This document shows positions 31,708-40,084 of a stretch of 46,357 nt of DNA, piece by piece (the stretch's first letter is position 1; each line of letters starts with the position of its first letter). The notes under the pieces were generated by a model. That model worked only from the letters and a program-made list of their open reading frames with translations, was not told the DNA's origin and did not search any database. Source of the stretch: Gemmatimonadaceae bacterium (GTDB lineage: Bacteria; Gemmatimonadota; Gemmatimonadetes; Gemmatimonadales; Gemmatimonadaceae); assembly GCA_040901985.1 (NCBI GenBank), contig JBBDYC010000001.1:60486-106842 (forward strand), written 5' to 3'. A program made the position numbers and the translations under genes.

Positions 31708-32370
31708 ATGACCCAGCGCCGCCGCATCTGGCAGCTCCCCGTCGCGGCGACACCGCCGCCGCCGGAACTGGAAGCGGAGCTAAGCGTCGTCCGCGACCTC
31801 ACGCACACCCTGCTGCGGGCCGAGCGCGCGGACGAGGCCTTCCAGTTCGCGCTCGACCGGACCTGTCCGGCAGTGGGCGCCTCGCTCGGCTCGATCTTTG
31901 TCCTCGACGGCGCCTCGGAGTTGATGCACCTGGCGGCGGCGCACGCCTGGCCCGACCGCTGGCGCCCCTGGCTCGGCGAGATGCGCGTGCGCGTCGGGTT
32001 CGGGCCGAGCGGCGAGGCTGCCAGCGAGCGCCGCGTGATCGAGGTTCCGGACGTGTTCGCCGACCCCGGGCTCGAGGACTGGCAGGAGGTGGCCACGGAA
32101 CTCGGATTCCGCGCGCTCGTCGCGTTGCCGCTTGCGACCCCGCACGCTGTCCTCGGCGCGGCGACCTTCTACTTTGCGACGCCCGGCACACCGTCGCCGC
32201 GCACCCGCGCGCTCCTGCGGGCCGCCGCCGACCTGATGGCCGCGATCGCCGACAAGGAGGCCCTGCGGAAGCGGCTCCGCCACGCCGAGGCCGCGCTGGA
32301 CGACCAGCGGTCGGCCGCCCCGGCGCGTACAGAGGTCGTCGGCGAGGACGGCGAGGCAACGACGGGGTAG
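31708..32370 (+). CDS. Stand-alone GAF domain protein
   Basis: GSIFVLD, VGFGPSGEAA, VIEVPDV, GFRALVALPL, VLGA pattern; short helical tail and no output domain. Confidence 0.8.
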   Translation: MTQRRRIWQLPVAATPPPPELEAELSVVRDLTHTLLRAERADEAFQFALDRTCPAVGASLGSIFVLDGASELMHLAAAHAWPDRWRPWLGEMRVRVGFGPSGEAASERRVIEVPDVFADPGLEDWQEVATELGFRALVALPLATPHAVLGAATFYFATPGTPSPRTRALLRAAADLMAAIADKEALRKRLRHAEAALDDQRSAAPARTEVVGEDGEATTG

Positions 32371-32414
32371 ATTTCGGTTGTCGAAGGATCGTCCCAGGCC
32401 CTTGAGGAGATGAC

Positions 32415-32714
32415 GTGGCGCACCACCAGTCCAGCCGGACCCTGCAGCAGCAGCGCACTGCGCTCGCCGCCGCCGATGTGCTCGCCTCGGCGCGCGAGTT
32501 CTTCGCCCAGCGCTCGGGCATCTATGCCGCCTTCCTCGAACAGCAGGGCCCCAACTGGATGAGTCTGCGCGGCCAGGGCGGCGAGGAGATCGTCATCGCG
32601 GCGAACGAGGAGGCGCACGGCACGGCGGTCAGCGCGTCCTCGTACCTGTTCGACGCGCAGGTGGCGCTGTTCCTCGCGTCGCTGCCGCCGGCGACCGCCG
32701 GGCCGGTGTCGTGA
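32415..32714 (+). CDS. Hypothetical small alpha/beta protein
   Basis: SD GAGGAG, GTG start, host-like codon usage, GTGA overlap with the next gene. Confidence 0.75.
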   Translation: MAHHQSSRTLQQQRTALAAADVLASAREFFAQRSGIYAAFLEQQGPNWMSLRGQGGEEIVIAANEEAHGTAVSASSYLFDAQVALFLASLPPATAGPVS

Positions 32715-33040
32715 GCGGCGCCGCGGTCGTGTCGTCGCTGCGCGCGCGCGATGGCGTCCTCGCGCTTGGCGCCGCCGACGCCCCGGCAATCACCGTGCGC
32801 GTGCAGATGCCCGAGCTCTGGGACACGCTCGCCGTGCGCTGCACGGACGGGACTCCGGTGCTCGCGCTCAAGCGTGCTGCCCTCGCCGCGTTCGAGCAGC
32901 ACGATCATCCGGTCGAGGACTACGTCGTGAAGCTGCGTGGCTTCGAGGTGCTCGACGAGTCGGCGCCGGTGACCGTGGCCGGCGCGCGCGACGGCTCCAC
33001 TTTCCTCCTCACCCACCGCCGTCGCCGGCCCGTCCGCTGA
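32711..33040 (+). CDS. Putative ubiquitin-fold (beta-grasp; YukD/EsaB-like) protein
   Basis: Manual alignment to the ubiquitin pattern: ITVRV / TLAVRC..TPVLALK / PVEDYVVKLRGFEVLDE / GARDGSTFLL. No C-terminal GG. Confidence 0.6.
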   Translation: MSGAAVVSSLRARDGVLALGAADAPAITVRVQMPELWDTLAVRCTDGTPVLALKRAALAAFEQHDHPVEDYVVKLRGFEVLDESAPVTVAGARDGSTFLLTHRRRRPVR

Positions 33041-34059
33041 GCACCGCCGCGAGCATCCCGACCCGGTCCGACCGCGAGGCGCTGCTCGCGGCCGCCGCCG
33101 GCCTGCGCGCCGAGGTCGGACGCCGCATCGTCGGGCAGGGGGAAGTCCTCGACGAGATCCTGATGGCGCTCGTCGCCGGCGGCCACGCGCTCCTCGTCGG
33201 CGTGCCCGGGCTCGCCAAGACGATGATGATCCGCTCGGTCGCCGAGGCGATGGCGCTCGAGTTCCGCCGGATCCAGTTCACCCCCGACCTCGTGCCGAGC
33301 GACATCACCGGCACCGAGTTGCTCGAGGAGGACACGCAGACGGGCCACCGGAGTTTCCGGTTTGCGCGCGGCCCGGTCTTCGCCAACATCGTGCTCGCCG
33401 ACGAGATCAACCGTGCCCCGCCGCGCACGCAGGCGGCATTGCTCGAGGCGATGCAGGAGCATCGCGTCACGGCCGCCGGCCAGACGATGGTGCTCCCCGA
33501 GCCCTTCTTCGTGCTCGCGACGCAGAATCCGATCGAGCAGGAGGGCACCTACCCGCTTCCCGAGGCGCAGCTCGACCGCTTCCTCTTCGACATCCGCATC
33601 GGATATCCGGACGCGGACGACGAGGTGGCGATCCTCCGCGCGACGACGGGGGTGCTCGACGAGACGTTGCGGCCGATCCTTGACGCCGAGCAGGCGCGGG
33701 CCCTGCAGCGGCTGACGCGTGAGGTGCCGGCCGCCGACGCGGCGCTGCGCTATGCGGCCGCGCTGGTGCGCGCCACGCGGCCCAAGGGCGGCGAGGCGAC
33801 GCCGCTCGTCGAGCAGTACGTGCGCTGGGGCGCCGGCCCGCGCGCCGGCCAGGCGCTCATCCTCGGCGCCAAGGCGGCCGCCCTCCTCGACGGTCGGCAC
33901 GCGATCGCCCCAGCCGACATCCGGCGCGTGGCGCGCCCCGTGCTCCGCCACCGCGTCCTGCCGAACTACGCGGCCGAGGCCGAAGGCGTGGACTCGGAGC
34001 GGATCGTCGAGGATCTGCTCGAGCGCGTGAGCGAGCCGCGCGGCCTCACCGGGATCTGA
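33037..34059 (+). CDS. MoxR family AAA+ ATPase
   Basis: IVGQ, GHALLVGVPGLAKT, RIQFTPDLVPSDITG, LADEINRA, ATQNPIEQEGTYPLPEAQLDRF. Conserved N-terminus extends upstream of ATG 33163; likely start is CTG 33037. Confidence 0.93.
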   Translation: MSTAASIPTRSDREALLAAAAGLRAEVGRRIVGQGEVLDEILMALVAGGHALLVGVPGLAKTMMIRSVAEAMALEFRRIQFTPDLVPSDITGTELLEEDTQTGHRSFRFARGPVFANIVLADEINRAPPRTQAALLEAMQEHRVTAAGQTMVLPEPFFVLATQNPIEQEGTYPLPEAQLDRFLFDIRIGYPDADDEVAILRATTGVLDETLRPILDAEQARALQRLTREVPAADAALRYAAALVRATRPKGGEATPLVEQYVRWGAGPRAGQALILGAKAAALLDGRHAIAPADIRRVARPVLRHRVLPNYAAEAEGVDSERIVEDLLERVSEPRGLTGI

Positions 34060-34062
34060 GCG

Positions 34063-34932
34063 ATGCCGGTCGGCCCGTACGGCGCGCTCCTCGACGCCGT
34101 GCGCGGCGTCCGGTGGCCGGCGCGTCGCCCGGTGACCGGCGGCGCCCCGGGGGCGCATCCGGCCCGCACGCGGGGCGCGGCCCCGGAGTTCGCCGAGTAT
34201 CGCCCGTATCGGCAGGGCGACGATCCCAAGCGCCTCGACTGGAAGCTCCTCGCGCGGAGTGACCGCGCCTTCATCCGCCTCGCGCCGGACCAGGCGATCC
34301 TCGGGACGTCCTTCGTGGTGGATGCGTCGGCCTCCATGGCATTCCCGCTCCTGACGGCGGGCAAGTGGGAGCAGGCCAAGCGGCTGGTGGTCGCCTTGGC
34401 AGCGGTCGCCCATACCAGCGCGGATCCGGTCGGGCTGATGATCGCCCGCCCCAATGGCGCGCTCCGGCTCGAGCCCCGGACGCGGCGGGGCGTGGTGGGC
34501 GAGATCGCCCGATCGCTCGACCGTACGCGGCCGGCCGGCACGGCGCTCCTCGCGCCGCTGATTGCCGGGAGCGCGGCGCGCTGCGTGGTGCTGACCGATT
34601 GCCTCGGTGACTTCGACGCGCTGCGCGCGGCGCTGGCGCGGCACGTCGCGCGGGGCGGCGAGGCGCACCTGATCCACCTCGTGGCGCGCGCCGAGCTCGT
34701 GCCGGCCCGCGCCGCCGCGTTGGCCACGGACCCCGAGGATCCCACCGTGCGGCGGCCGCTGGTGGACGCGACGCGCGACGGCTACCGCGAGCGGTTCGAT
34801 GCGTTCCGCCACGAGGTCGCGCAGGTGCTGCGCGCCGATGGGGTGCAGGTGCACGAGGTCCACGACGACGAGGCGCCGGAGGTGATCATCCGGCGCCTCG
34901 TGCGGCCGTCGGGCAGGGACGGCCGGTCGTGA
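34063..34932 (+). CDS. DUF58 domain protein (MoxR partner)
   Basis: EFAEYRPYRQGDDPKRLDWKL, DASASM (DxSxS), LTD. Confidence 0.92.
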   Translation: MPVGPYGALLDAVRGVRWPARRPVTGGAPGAHPARTRGAAPEFAEYRPYRQGDDPKRLDWKLLARSDRAFIRLAPDQAILGTSFVVDASASMAFPLLTAGKWEQAKRLVVALAAVAHTSADPVGLMIARPNGALRLEPRTRRGVVGEIARSLDRTRPAGTALLAPLIAGSAARCVVLTDCLGDFDALRAALARHVARGGEAHLIHLVARAELVPARAAALATDPEDPTVRRPLVDATRDGYRERFDAFRHEVAQVLRADGVQVHEVHDDEAPEVIIRRLVRPSGRDGRS

Positions 34933-36140
34933 GTTTCCTCGCACCGTGGATGCTCCTTGCCGGCGCGGCGGCGGCGCTCGGCGTGGTCGCGTTGCACCTG
35001 CTGACGACGCGCCGCCCGCCGCCGGCGATGCTGCCCACCGCGCGCTTCGTCCCCGAGAGCGATGTCCGGGCGGTGGCCCGCGCGTCTCGACCGACCGACC
35101 TGGTGGTGCTCACGTTGCGCGCGCTCGCGGTGCTGCTGATTGGCGCGGCGTTCGCGCAGCCGGTGCCAGACGCGCCGGGTCCACGCGTGCGGACCGTCTT
35201 TGCGCTCGACCGCTCGCGCAGCGTGGCCGACACGGCAGCGGCGCGGGCCATCGTGGCGGCGCGCTTCGCCGAAGGAGACACGCTCGTCGAGTTCGGCTCC
35301 GGCGCGAGAGTGGGCGAGCTCTCCCCGATGTTCGTCTCGGCGCGGCGCGCGGCGGGACGGATCGCGCGCGGGGCGGACTCGGTGCGGCTCGTCATTGTCA
35401 GTCCGGTGGGCGACGGCGCCGTGGACGCGGCGACGCCCGCGTTGCGCGCCGCGTGGCCGGGACGCAACGAACTCGAGCGCCCCCGCGGGGTGGCCGATAC
35501 GACGGCAGCGCCGCGTCCCGGACTGGTGACGACGCTCGAGGACGACGCCTTGGCGCCTGCGATCGCCCGGCTGCCGTCGCGGCGTGGCGCTCACGCGGTG
35601 CGGATCGTGCGCGGCGATGCGCGTCCAGCCGACTCGGCGTGGGCGCGGGGCGCCGGCCACGTGCTCCTTCGCTGGCCGGTGGCCGCGGGGGGAGTGGCAG
35701 GTCCGGAAGGTGTCACGGCGTTCGGCCTCCACCGCGCGACGATTGTGGCCCCGCTCGAGCGACTGCCGATCCCGCCGGGCGAACGCGTCGTGGCCCGTTG
35801 GGCCGACGGCCAAGCCGCCGCCACCGAGCGCGCGCTGGGCGGCGGGTGCGTGCGCGACGTCGGCGTCGGCGTCCCGCTCGCCGGCGACCTCACGCTCCGC
35901 GCGCCCTTCGAGCGATTCCTCGCCGCGCTCGTCGAGCCCTGCGGCGGCGCACGCGGGGTGGCGATCGCCGACAGTGCCCTCACCTGGCTGACCGCCCCTG
36001 GCCCTCTCGCCGCCGGCGCGACGCTCGCCGCCGCCGATGCAGACCGGACGCCGTCGTTCTGGCTGCTCGTCGTGGCGTCCGCGCTCCTCATCGGGGAGTC
36101 GGTCGTGCGCCGGCGGCCGCCCGCAGAGGTCGCGGAATGA
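34929..36140 (+). CDS. BatA-domain / vWA-like membrane protein
   Basis: MSFLAPWML...ALHLL...PTARF...LRALAV...AFAQP (BatA N-terminus), DRSRS (DxSxS), C-terminal TM. Confidence 0.85.
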   Translation: MSFLAPWMLLAGAAAALGVVALHLLTTRRPPPAMLPTARFVPESDVRAVARASRPTDLVVLTLRALAVLLIGAAFAQPVPDAPGPRVRTVFALDRSRSVADTAAARAIVAARFAEGDTLVEFGSGARVGELSPMFVSARRAAGRIARGADSVRLVIVSPVGDGAVDAATPALRAAWPGRNELERPRGVADTTAAPRPGLVTTLEDDALAPAIARLPSRRGAHAVRIVRGDARPADSAWARGAGHVLLRWPVAAGGVAGPEGVTAFGLHRATIVAPLERLPIPPGERVVARWADGQAAATERALGGGCVRDVGVGVPLAGDLTLRAPFERFLAALVEPCGGARGVAIADSALTWLTAPGPLAAGATLAAADADRTPSFWLLVVASALLIGESVVRRRPPAEVAE

Positions 36141-38215
36141 TTGGCACCGCCGTCCGGCTCGCGCGCGCGCGCCGCACCCTCGTGGCGCTGCTCGTGGCGC
36201 GCGCGCTGCTCCTCAGCGCGCTCGTGGGGGCTGCCGCGCTCACCGTGTTGCTCGTGGTGGACGTGATCGCCGGAATCCCGCTCGAGGTGCGGTCAAGCCT
36301 CGCCGCCATTCCTTGGGTCGCGGCCTTCGTTGCCGCCGGTTGGTTCGTCGCCGGCCCCGTCCGCGCTGGCATTCGCGCCACTGAAGAGCAGGTGGCGCTC
36401 TGGTTCGAGCGTCGCCTGCCGTCGCTGCAGTACGCGCTTGTCACGCAGGCCAGCCTCGGTGCGCCGGGCAGCGCAGCACTGGAGGAGGCCGTGGCGGCCG
36501 CGCCCCTCGAGCACGAGCTGCGTGCAGCGGCCGGGGCAGCGCTGCTGCGGCCCGCACTGGCGCTCGCGGTGGCGGCGGTGGTTCTCGCGCTCGCGCCGGC
36601 CGGTGCGCTCGCGCGCCTCCTCGAGCCCGCCGCCGGCGACGCCCTCGCGCGCCCCCTGCTTGGCGCCGGCGACGCTGCCGATCCGCTGGCGACGATCGTC
36701 GTGCGCGTGACGCCGCCGGCCTACGCCGACCTAGCCGTCACGGCGTTCGACGACCCGGCGACGGTCTCGGCGCTCGCCGGGAGCCAGGTCACCATCGAGG
36801 GTCGCGGCCGCGACGTGCGCGCGATCCGCGGCGTGGATACCCTCACCGCGGCGGCCACCGTCGGCGGCCTTTGGCGCCTGCACCTGCCCCTGCCAGTGCG
36901 CACGACGGCCATCCGCCTCCTCGCGCCGGCGCGCGAGCGCGTGCTGCTGCTCGAACCGGTGACCGATTCCGCGCCCACGGTGCGGTTGATTCTCCCTGGG
37001 CGCGATACCGTGCTCCGCGTCGCCGCCGGCCGCGTGGCGCTCGAAGCCGAGTTGCTGGACGACCTCGGTCTCGCCGACGGCGCGTTCGAGCTGATCATCA
37101 GTTCCGGTGGCGGCGAGTTCTTCACCTTCCGCTCCGCCGCGATCGGAGCGCAGTCCTTCGCGCGCGGCGCGCGCGCGGGGCATCTCGCCAGCGACCTCGT
37201 GCTCGACACCCTCAAGCTCGTCCCGGGCGACCTCGTCCACCTGCGCGCCGTCGGCCACGACCGCAACGACGTGACCGGCCCGGGGCGCGGCGTCTCGGAG
37301 ACGCGCACGCTGCGCATTGCCCGCGCCGACGAGTACGACTCGGTCTCGGTGGATCCCCTCCCGCCGTCCGAGCCGGAGAAGGGCGTCCTCTCGCAGCGGA
37401 TGATCCTCCTCCTCACCGAGGAACTCCACGCGCGCGAGCCGCGGCTGAGTGGTGCGGCGGTCGCCCGCGAGGCGCGGGCGATCGCGGTGGATCAGACGAA
37501 GCTCCGCAAGCGCGTCGGAGAGGTCGTCTTCCAGCGGCTCGGCGAGGACAACGCCGGCGAGCATTCCCATTTCGCGGGCGACGGCCACGACCACGGCGAC
37601 GAGGGGCCGCTCGATCCCGATGCAATCCTCGCTGCCGCCGAGCGCGCGGCGAACGTGGACCCGACGCGCAACCTCGACCACGAGGGGGACGAGACGCCAG
37701 TCGTCGCGATCAATCGGCCGCTGCTTGAGGCATACAACCATATGTGGCGGGCGAGTTCGGAACTCGAGACGGCCAACCCTGGCGCGGCGATTCCGTGGAT
37801 GGAGCGCGCCATCGAGGCGCTCCAGCGCGCGCGGGCGGCGGAGCGGATCTACCTGCGCGGCCGTCCGGCCCGGGTGGTCGTGGACCTCGCGCGCGTGCGC
37901 GGCACTGGGCGCGACACCGGCACGACGAATGCCCGCGCGCCCCGCCCGGCGCTCGATCCCGAGCGCGCGACGCGGCTGGCGCGCTTCGATGTCGCGCTTT
38001 CGATCGTCGTCTCGGCACCGGCCGCGGCGGCCGATTCGCTCCTGCTGCTCCGGGTCACCGTGCCGGCCGATGATCGCGCCGCGGCCCTCGCACTCGACGC
38101 GGCCGCGGCGGCGCTCCGCCGCGGCGGTGACCTGACGCGCCCGCTCGCGGCTGCCCGCCGCGCGCTCGCCGGCGATGCGCCGCGCCGCGCGCCGCTCACC
38201 GCGTGGGGGCACTGA
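36137..38215 (+). CDS. Large membrane-anchored protein (DUF4175-like architecture) of the MoxR operon
   Basis: ATGA overlap. N-terminal TMs, VRVTPPAY, D.AP.V, DDLGL, D.NDVTGPG, SQRMI, helical C-terminus with EHSHFAGDGHDHG. Confidence 0.75.
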   Translation: MIGTAVRLARARRTLVALLVARALLLSALVGAAALTVLLVVDVIAGIPLEVRSSLAAIPWVAAFVAAGWFVAGPVRAGIRATEEQVALWFERRLPSLQYALVTQASLGAPGSAALEEAVAAAPLEHELRAAAGAALLRPALALAVAAVVLALAPAGALARLLEPAAGDALARPLLGAGDAADPLATIVVRVTPPAYADLAVTAFDDPATVSALAGSQVTIEGRGRDVRAIRGVDTLTAAATVGGLWRLHLPLPVRTTAIRLLAPARERVLLLEPVTDSAPTVRLILPGRDTVLRVAAGRVALEAELLDDLGLADGAFELIISSGGGEFFTFRSAAIGAQSFARGARAGHLASDLVLDTLKLVPGDLVHLRAVGHDRNDVTGPGRGVSETRTLRIARADEYDSVSVDPLPPSEPEKGVLSQRMILLLTEELHAREPRLSGAAVAREARAIAVDQTKLRKRVGEVVFQRLGEDNAGEHSHFAGDGHDHGDEGPLDPDAILAAAERAANVDPTRNLDHEGDETPVVAINRPLLEAYNHMWRASSELETANPGAAIPWMERAIEALQRARAAERIYLRGRPARVVVDLARVRGTGRDTGTTNARAPRPALDPERATRLARFDVALSIVVSAPAAAADSLLLLRVTVPADDRAAALALDAAAAALRRGGDLTRPLAAARRALAGDAPRRAPLTAWGH

Positions 38216-38826
38216 TGGCCGACTTCGTCTTTGCCACCGTGCAGTACGACTCCGGCGACTGGGACAGCGCGCCGGCGGTGCCGGCCAACCTGATTGATTC
38301 GGTCGCCCGCTACACCGACATTGACGTCGCGCCGACCGGCGTCATCGTCCCGCTCGGCTCGCGCGACCTCTTCAAGTATCCGCTCGGATTTCTCACCGGG
38401 CACCTCCCGGTCCGCTTCAGCGACATCGAGCGGTCCACCTTGCGCGACTACTGCCGCCGCGGCGGGCTCCTGTTCGTGGACGACCACAACCACGACGTGG
38501 ACGGCGAGTTCCACCGCACCGCGTGGGAGGAGATCGGCCGGACCGTCGGGCCGCTGGTGGACCTGCCGAATGACCACGCCCTCTACCGGTCGTTCTTCCT
38601 GTTCCCCGACGGCCCGCCGACCACGAGCCACGAGCTGAACGGGTGGGGGGACAATCTCGTCCACAAGCACCTGCAGGCCGTGATGCAGGGCGACCGGATC
38701 GCCGTGCTCTACAGCAGCAAGGATTACAGCTCCGAGTGGAACTACCATCCGGACAACAAGCGCTTCCTCTCCGTGGACAACACGAAGTTTGGGGTGAACG
38801 TGGTGGTCTATGCACTCACCCGGTGA
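38215..38826 (+). CDS. DUF4159 domain protein
   Basis: TGATG overlap. YDSGDWD, LFKYP...TGH, GGLLFVDD, LPNDHALY, FGVNVVVYALT. Confidence 0.85.
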   Translation: MADFVFATVQYDSGDWDSAPAVPANLIDSVARYTDIDVAPTGVIVPLGSRDLFKYPLGFLTGHLPVRFSDIERSTLRDYCRRGGLLFVDDHNHDVDGEFHRTAWEEIGRTVGPLVDLPNDHALYRSFFLFPDGPPTTSHELNGWGDNLVHKHLQAVMQGDRIAVLYSSKDYSSEWNYHPDNKRFLSVDNTKFGVNVVVYALTR

Positions 38827-38848
38827 GCGGTCGGCGGGCGGCGTCGCG

Positions 38849-40084
38849 GTGATCGGGCCCCGGCGCGCCGCCGTGGAGCTGCTGTTGCGCACGGCGGTCC
38901 TCGGGTTGGTGGCCTGGGCGCTCTGGAGCGTCTGGCGGGAGACGGCGGCCGACCGCGTGGCGACGCACGTCGCGTTTGACGGCTCCCCGACCGCGCGGAC
39001 GCGGGACTCGCTCGCCGCACACCGGGGTGCTGGCGACCGCATCACCTGGGGCGGCGCGCTCGTCCCGCTGGCGGCGATGGTCGAGCCGGTGCGCGAGCCG
39101 GGCGCACGGTGGCGCGTCTCGGTAAACGCCGCGGGGGCGATTGGCCTTGCCGATTCGCTTGGCCTGGTGGATTCCCTGACGGCCGACGAGCGGACGGTCA
39201 CGATGAGCGCGGTGCGCGGCGCGCTGCGCGTGGCGAGCGGTACGACGGTGGCGCGCGTGGTGCTCGGCGACGGCGTCACGCCTGGGCGGGTCGTCGTGCT
39301 CGGCGGCGCCGGATGGGAGTCGAAGTTCGTGGTCGCGGCGTTGGAGGAGGCCGGCTGGGGCGTGGATGCCCGGCTGACCCTCGGGCGGGACCGCGAGGTG
39401 CGCCAAGGCGATCCGACGCCGCGCCTCGCACGGCACGCCGCCGTCGTGGTGCTGGACACCGCCATCGGAGCGGACGCCGCGGCGCTCGCGCGCTTCGTGC
39501 GCGCCGGGGGCGGCCTTGTCCTCGCCGGCGACGGCGCGCGCGCGTTGGCGCCGGCGCTGCGGGCCGTCGCGCCGGGGCGGGTCGTCGCCAGCGAACCGCC
39601 GGAAACGCGCCACTTCGACGGGCTCGACGGCCACGCGCCCACCGATGCACTGCCGTTGCACGTCCTGGGGGCGCTCCGTGTGGACGCGGTGGTGCTTGGC
39701 GTGCGCGACAGGTCGCCGACGACCGCCGTCAGGCGCGTCGGCGCCGGCCGCGTGGCGCAGATGGGCTTCCGGGAGACTTGGCGCTGGCGGATGCAGGGCG
39801 ATGACCGCGGCCAGCACGAGCACCGGGCGTTTTGGTCCCGGCTCGTCGCCAGCGTTGCGGCGGTGCCGGCCGGTGCGGCGTCGGCCGGTGGTCCGCCCGT
39901 GCCGGACGAGATGTCCGACGAAAGCGCCCCGCTCGCGCAGCTGGTCCACGCGCTCGGACCGGCCGCCGCCGAGCCGAGGCCCTCCACGCCACGAGGCCCC
40001 GCGCTCCCGCCCTGGGTCGGCGCGGTGATCCTCGGCGCCGCTCTGGCAGAGTGGGGCCTGCGCCGGCGCCGCGGGGCCGTATGA
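38849..40084 (+). CDS. Membrane protein with class-I glutamine amidotransferase-like domain
   Basis: N-terminal TM, WESKFV, FVRAGGGLVLAG, GAGRV, ETWRWRM, AFW, C-terminal TM ending AEWGLRRRRG. Start uncertain. Confidence 0.7.
   Translation: MIGPRRAAVELLLRTAVLGLVAWALWSVWRETAADRVATHVAFDGSPTARTRDSLAAHRGAGDRITWGGALVPLAAMVEPVREPGARWRVSVNAAGAIGLADSLGLVDSLTADERTVTMSAVRGALRVASGTTVARVVLGDGVTPGRVVVLGGAGWESKFVVAALEEAGWGVDARLTLGRDREVRQGDPTPRLARHAAVVVLDTAIGADAAALARFVRAGGGLVLAGDGARALAPALRAVAPGRVVASEPPETRHFDGLDGHAPTDALPLHVLGALRVDAVVLGVRDRSPTTAVRRVGAGRVAQMGFRETWRWRMQGDDRGQHEHRAFWSRLVASVAAVPAGAASAGGPPVPDEMSDESAPLAQLVHALGPAAAEPRPSTPRGPALPPWVGAVILGAALAEWGLRRRRGAV

Noticed and set aside
32711..33040. A full ubiquitin conjugation system
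   Set aside because: No C-terminal Gly-Gly and no E1, E2, RING or JAB genes in the window.
34946..36136. 1089-aa ORF beginning at 34946
   Set aside because: The first 397 codons overlap the BatA gene out of frame; the real start is ATG 36137.
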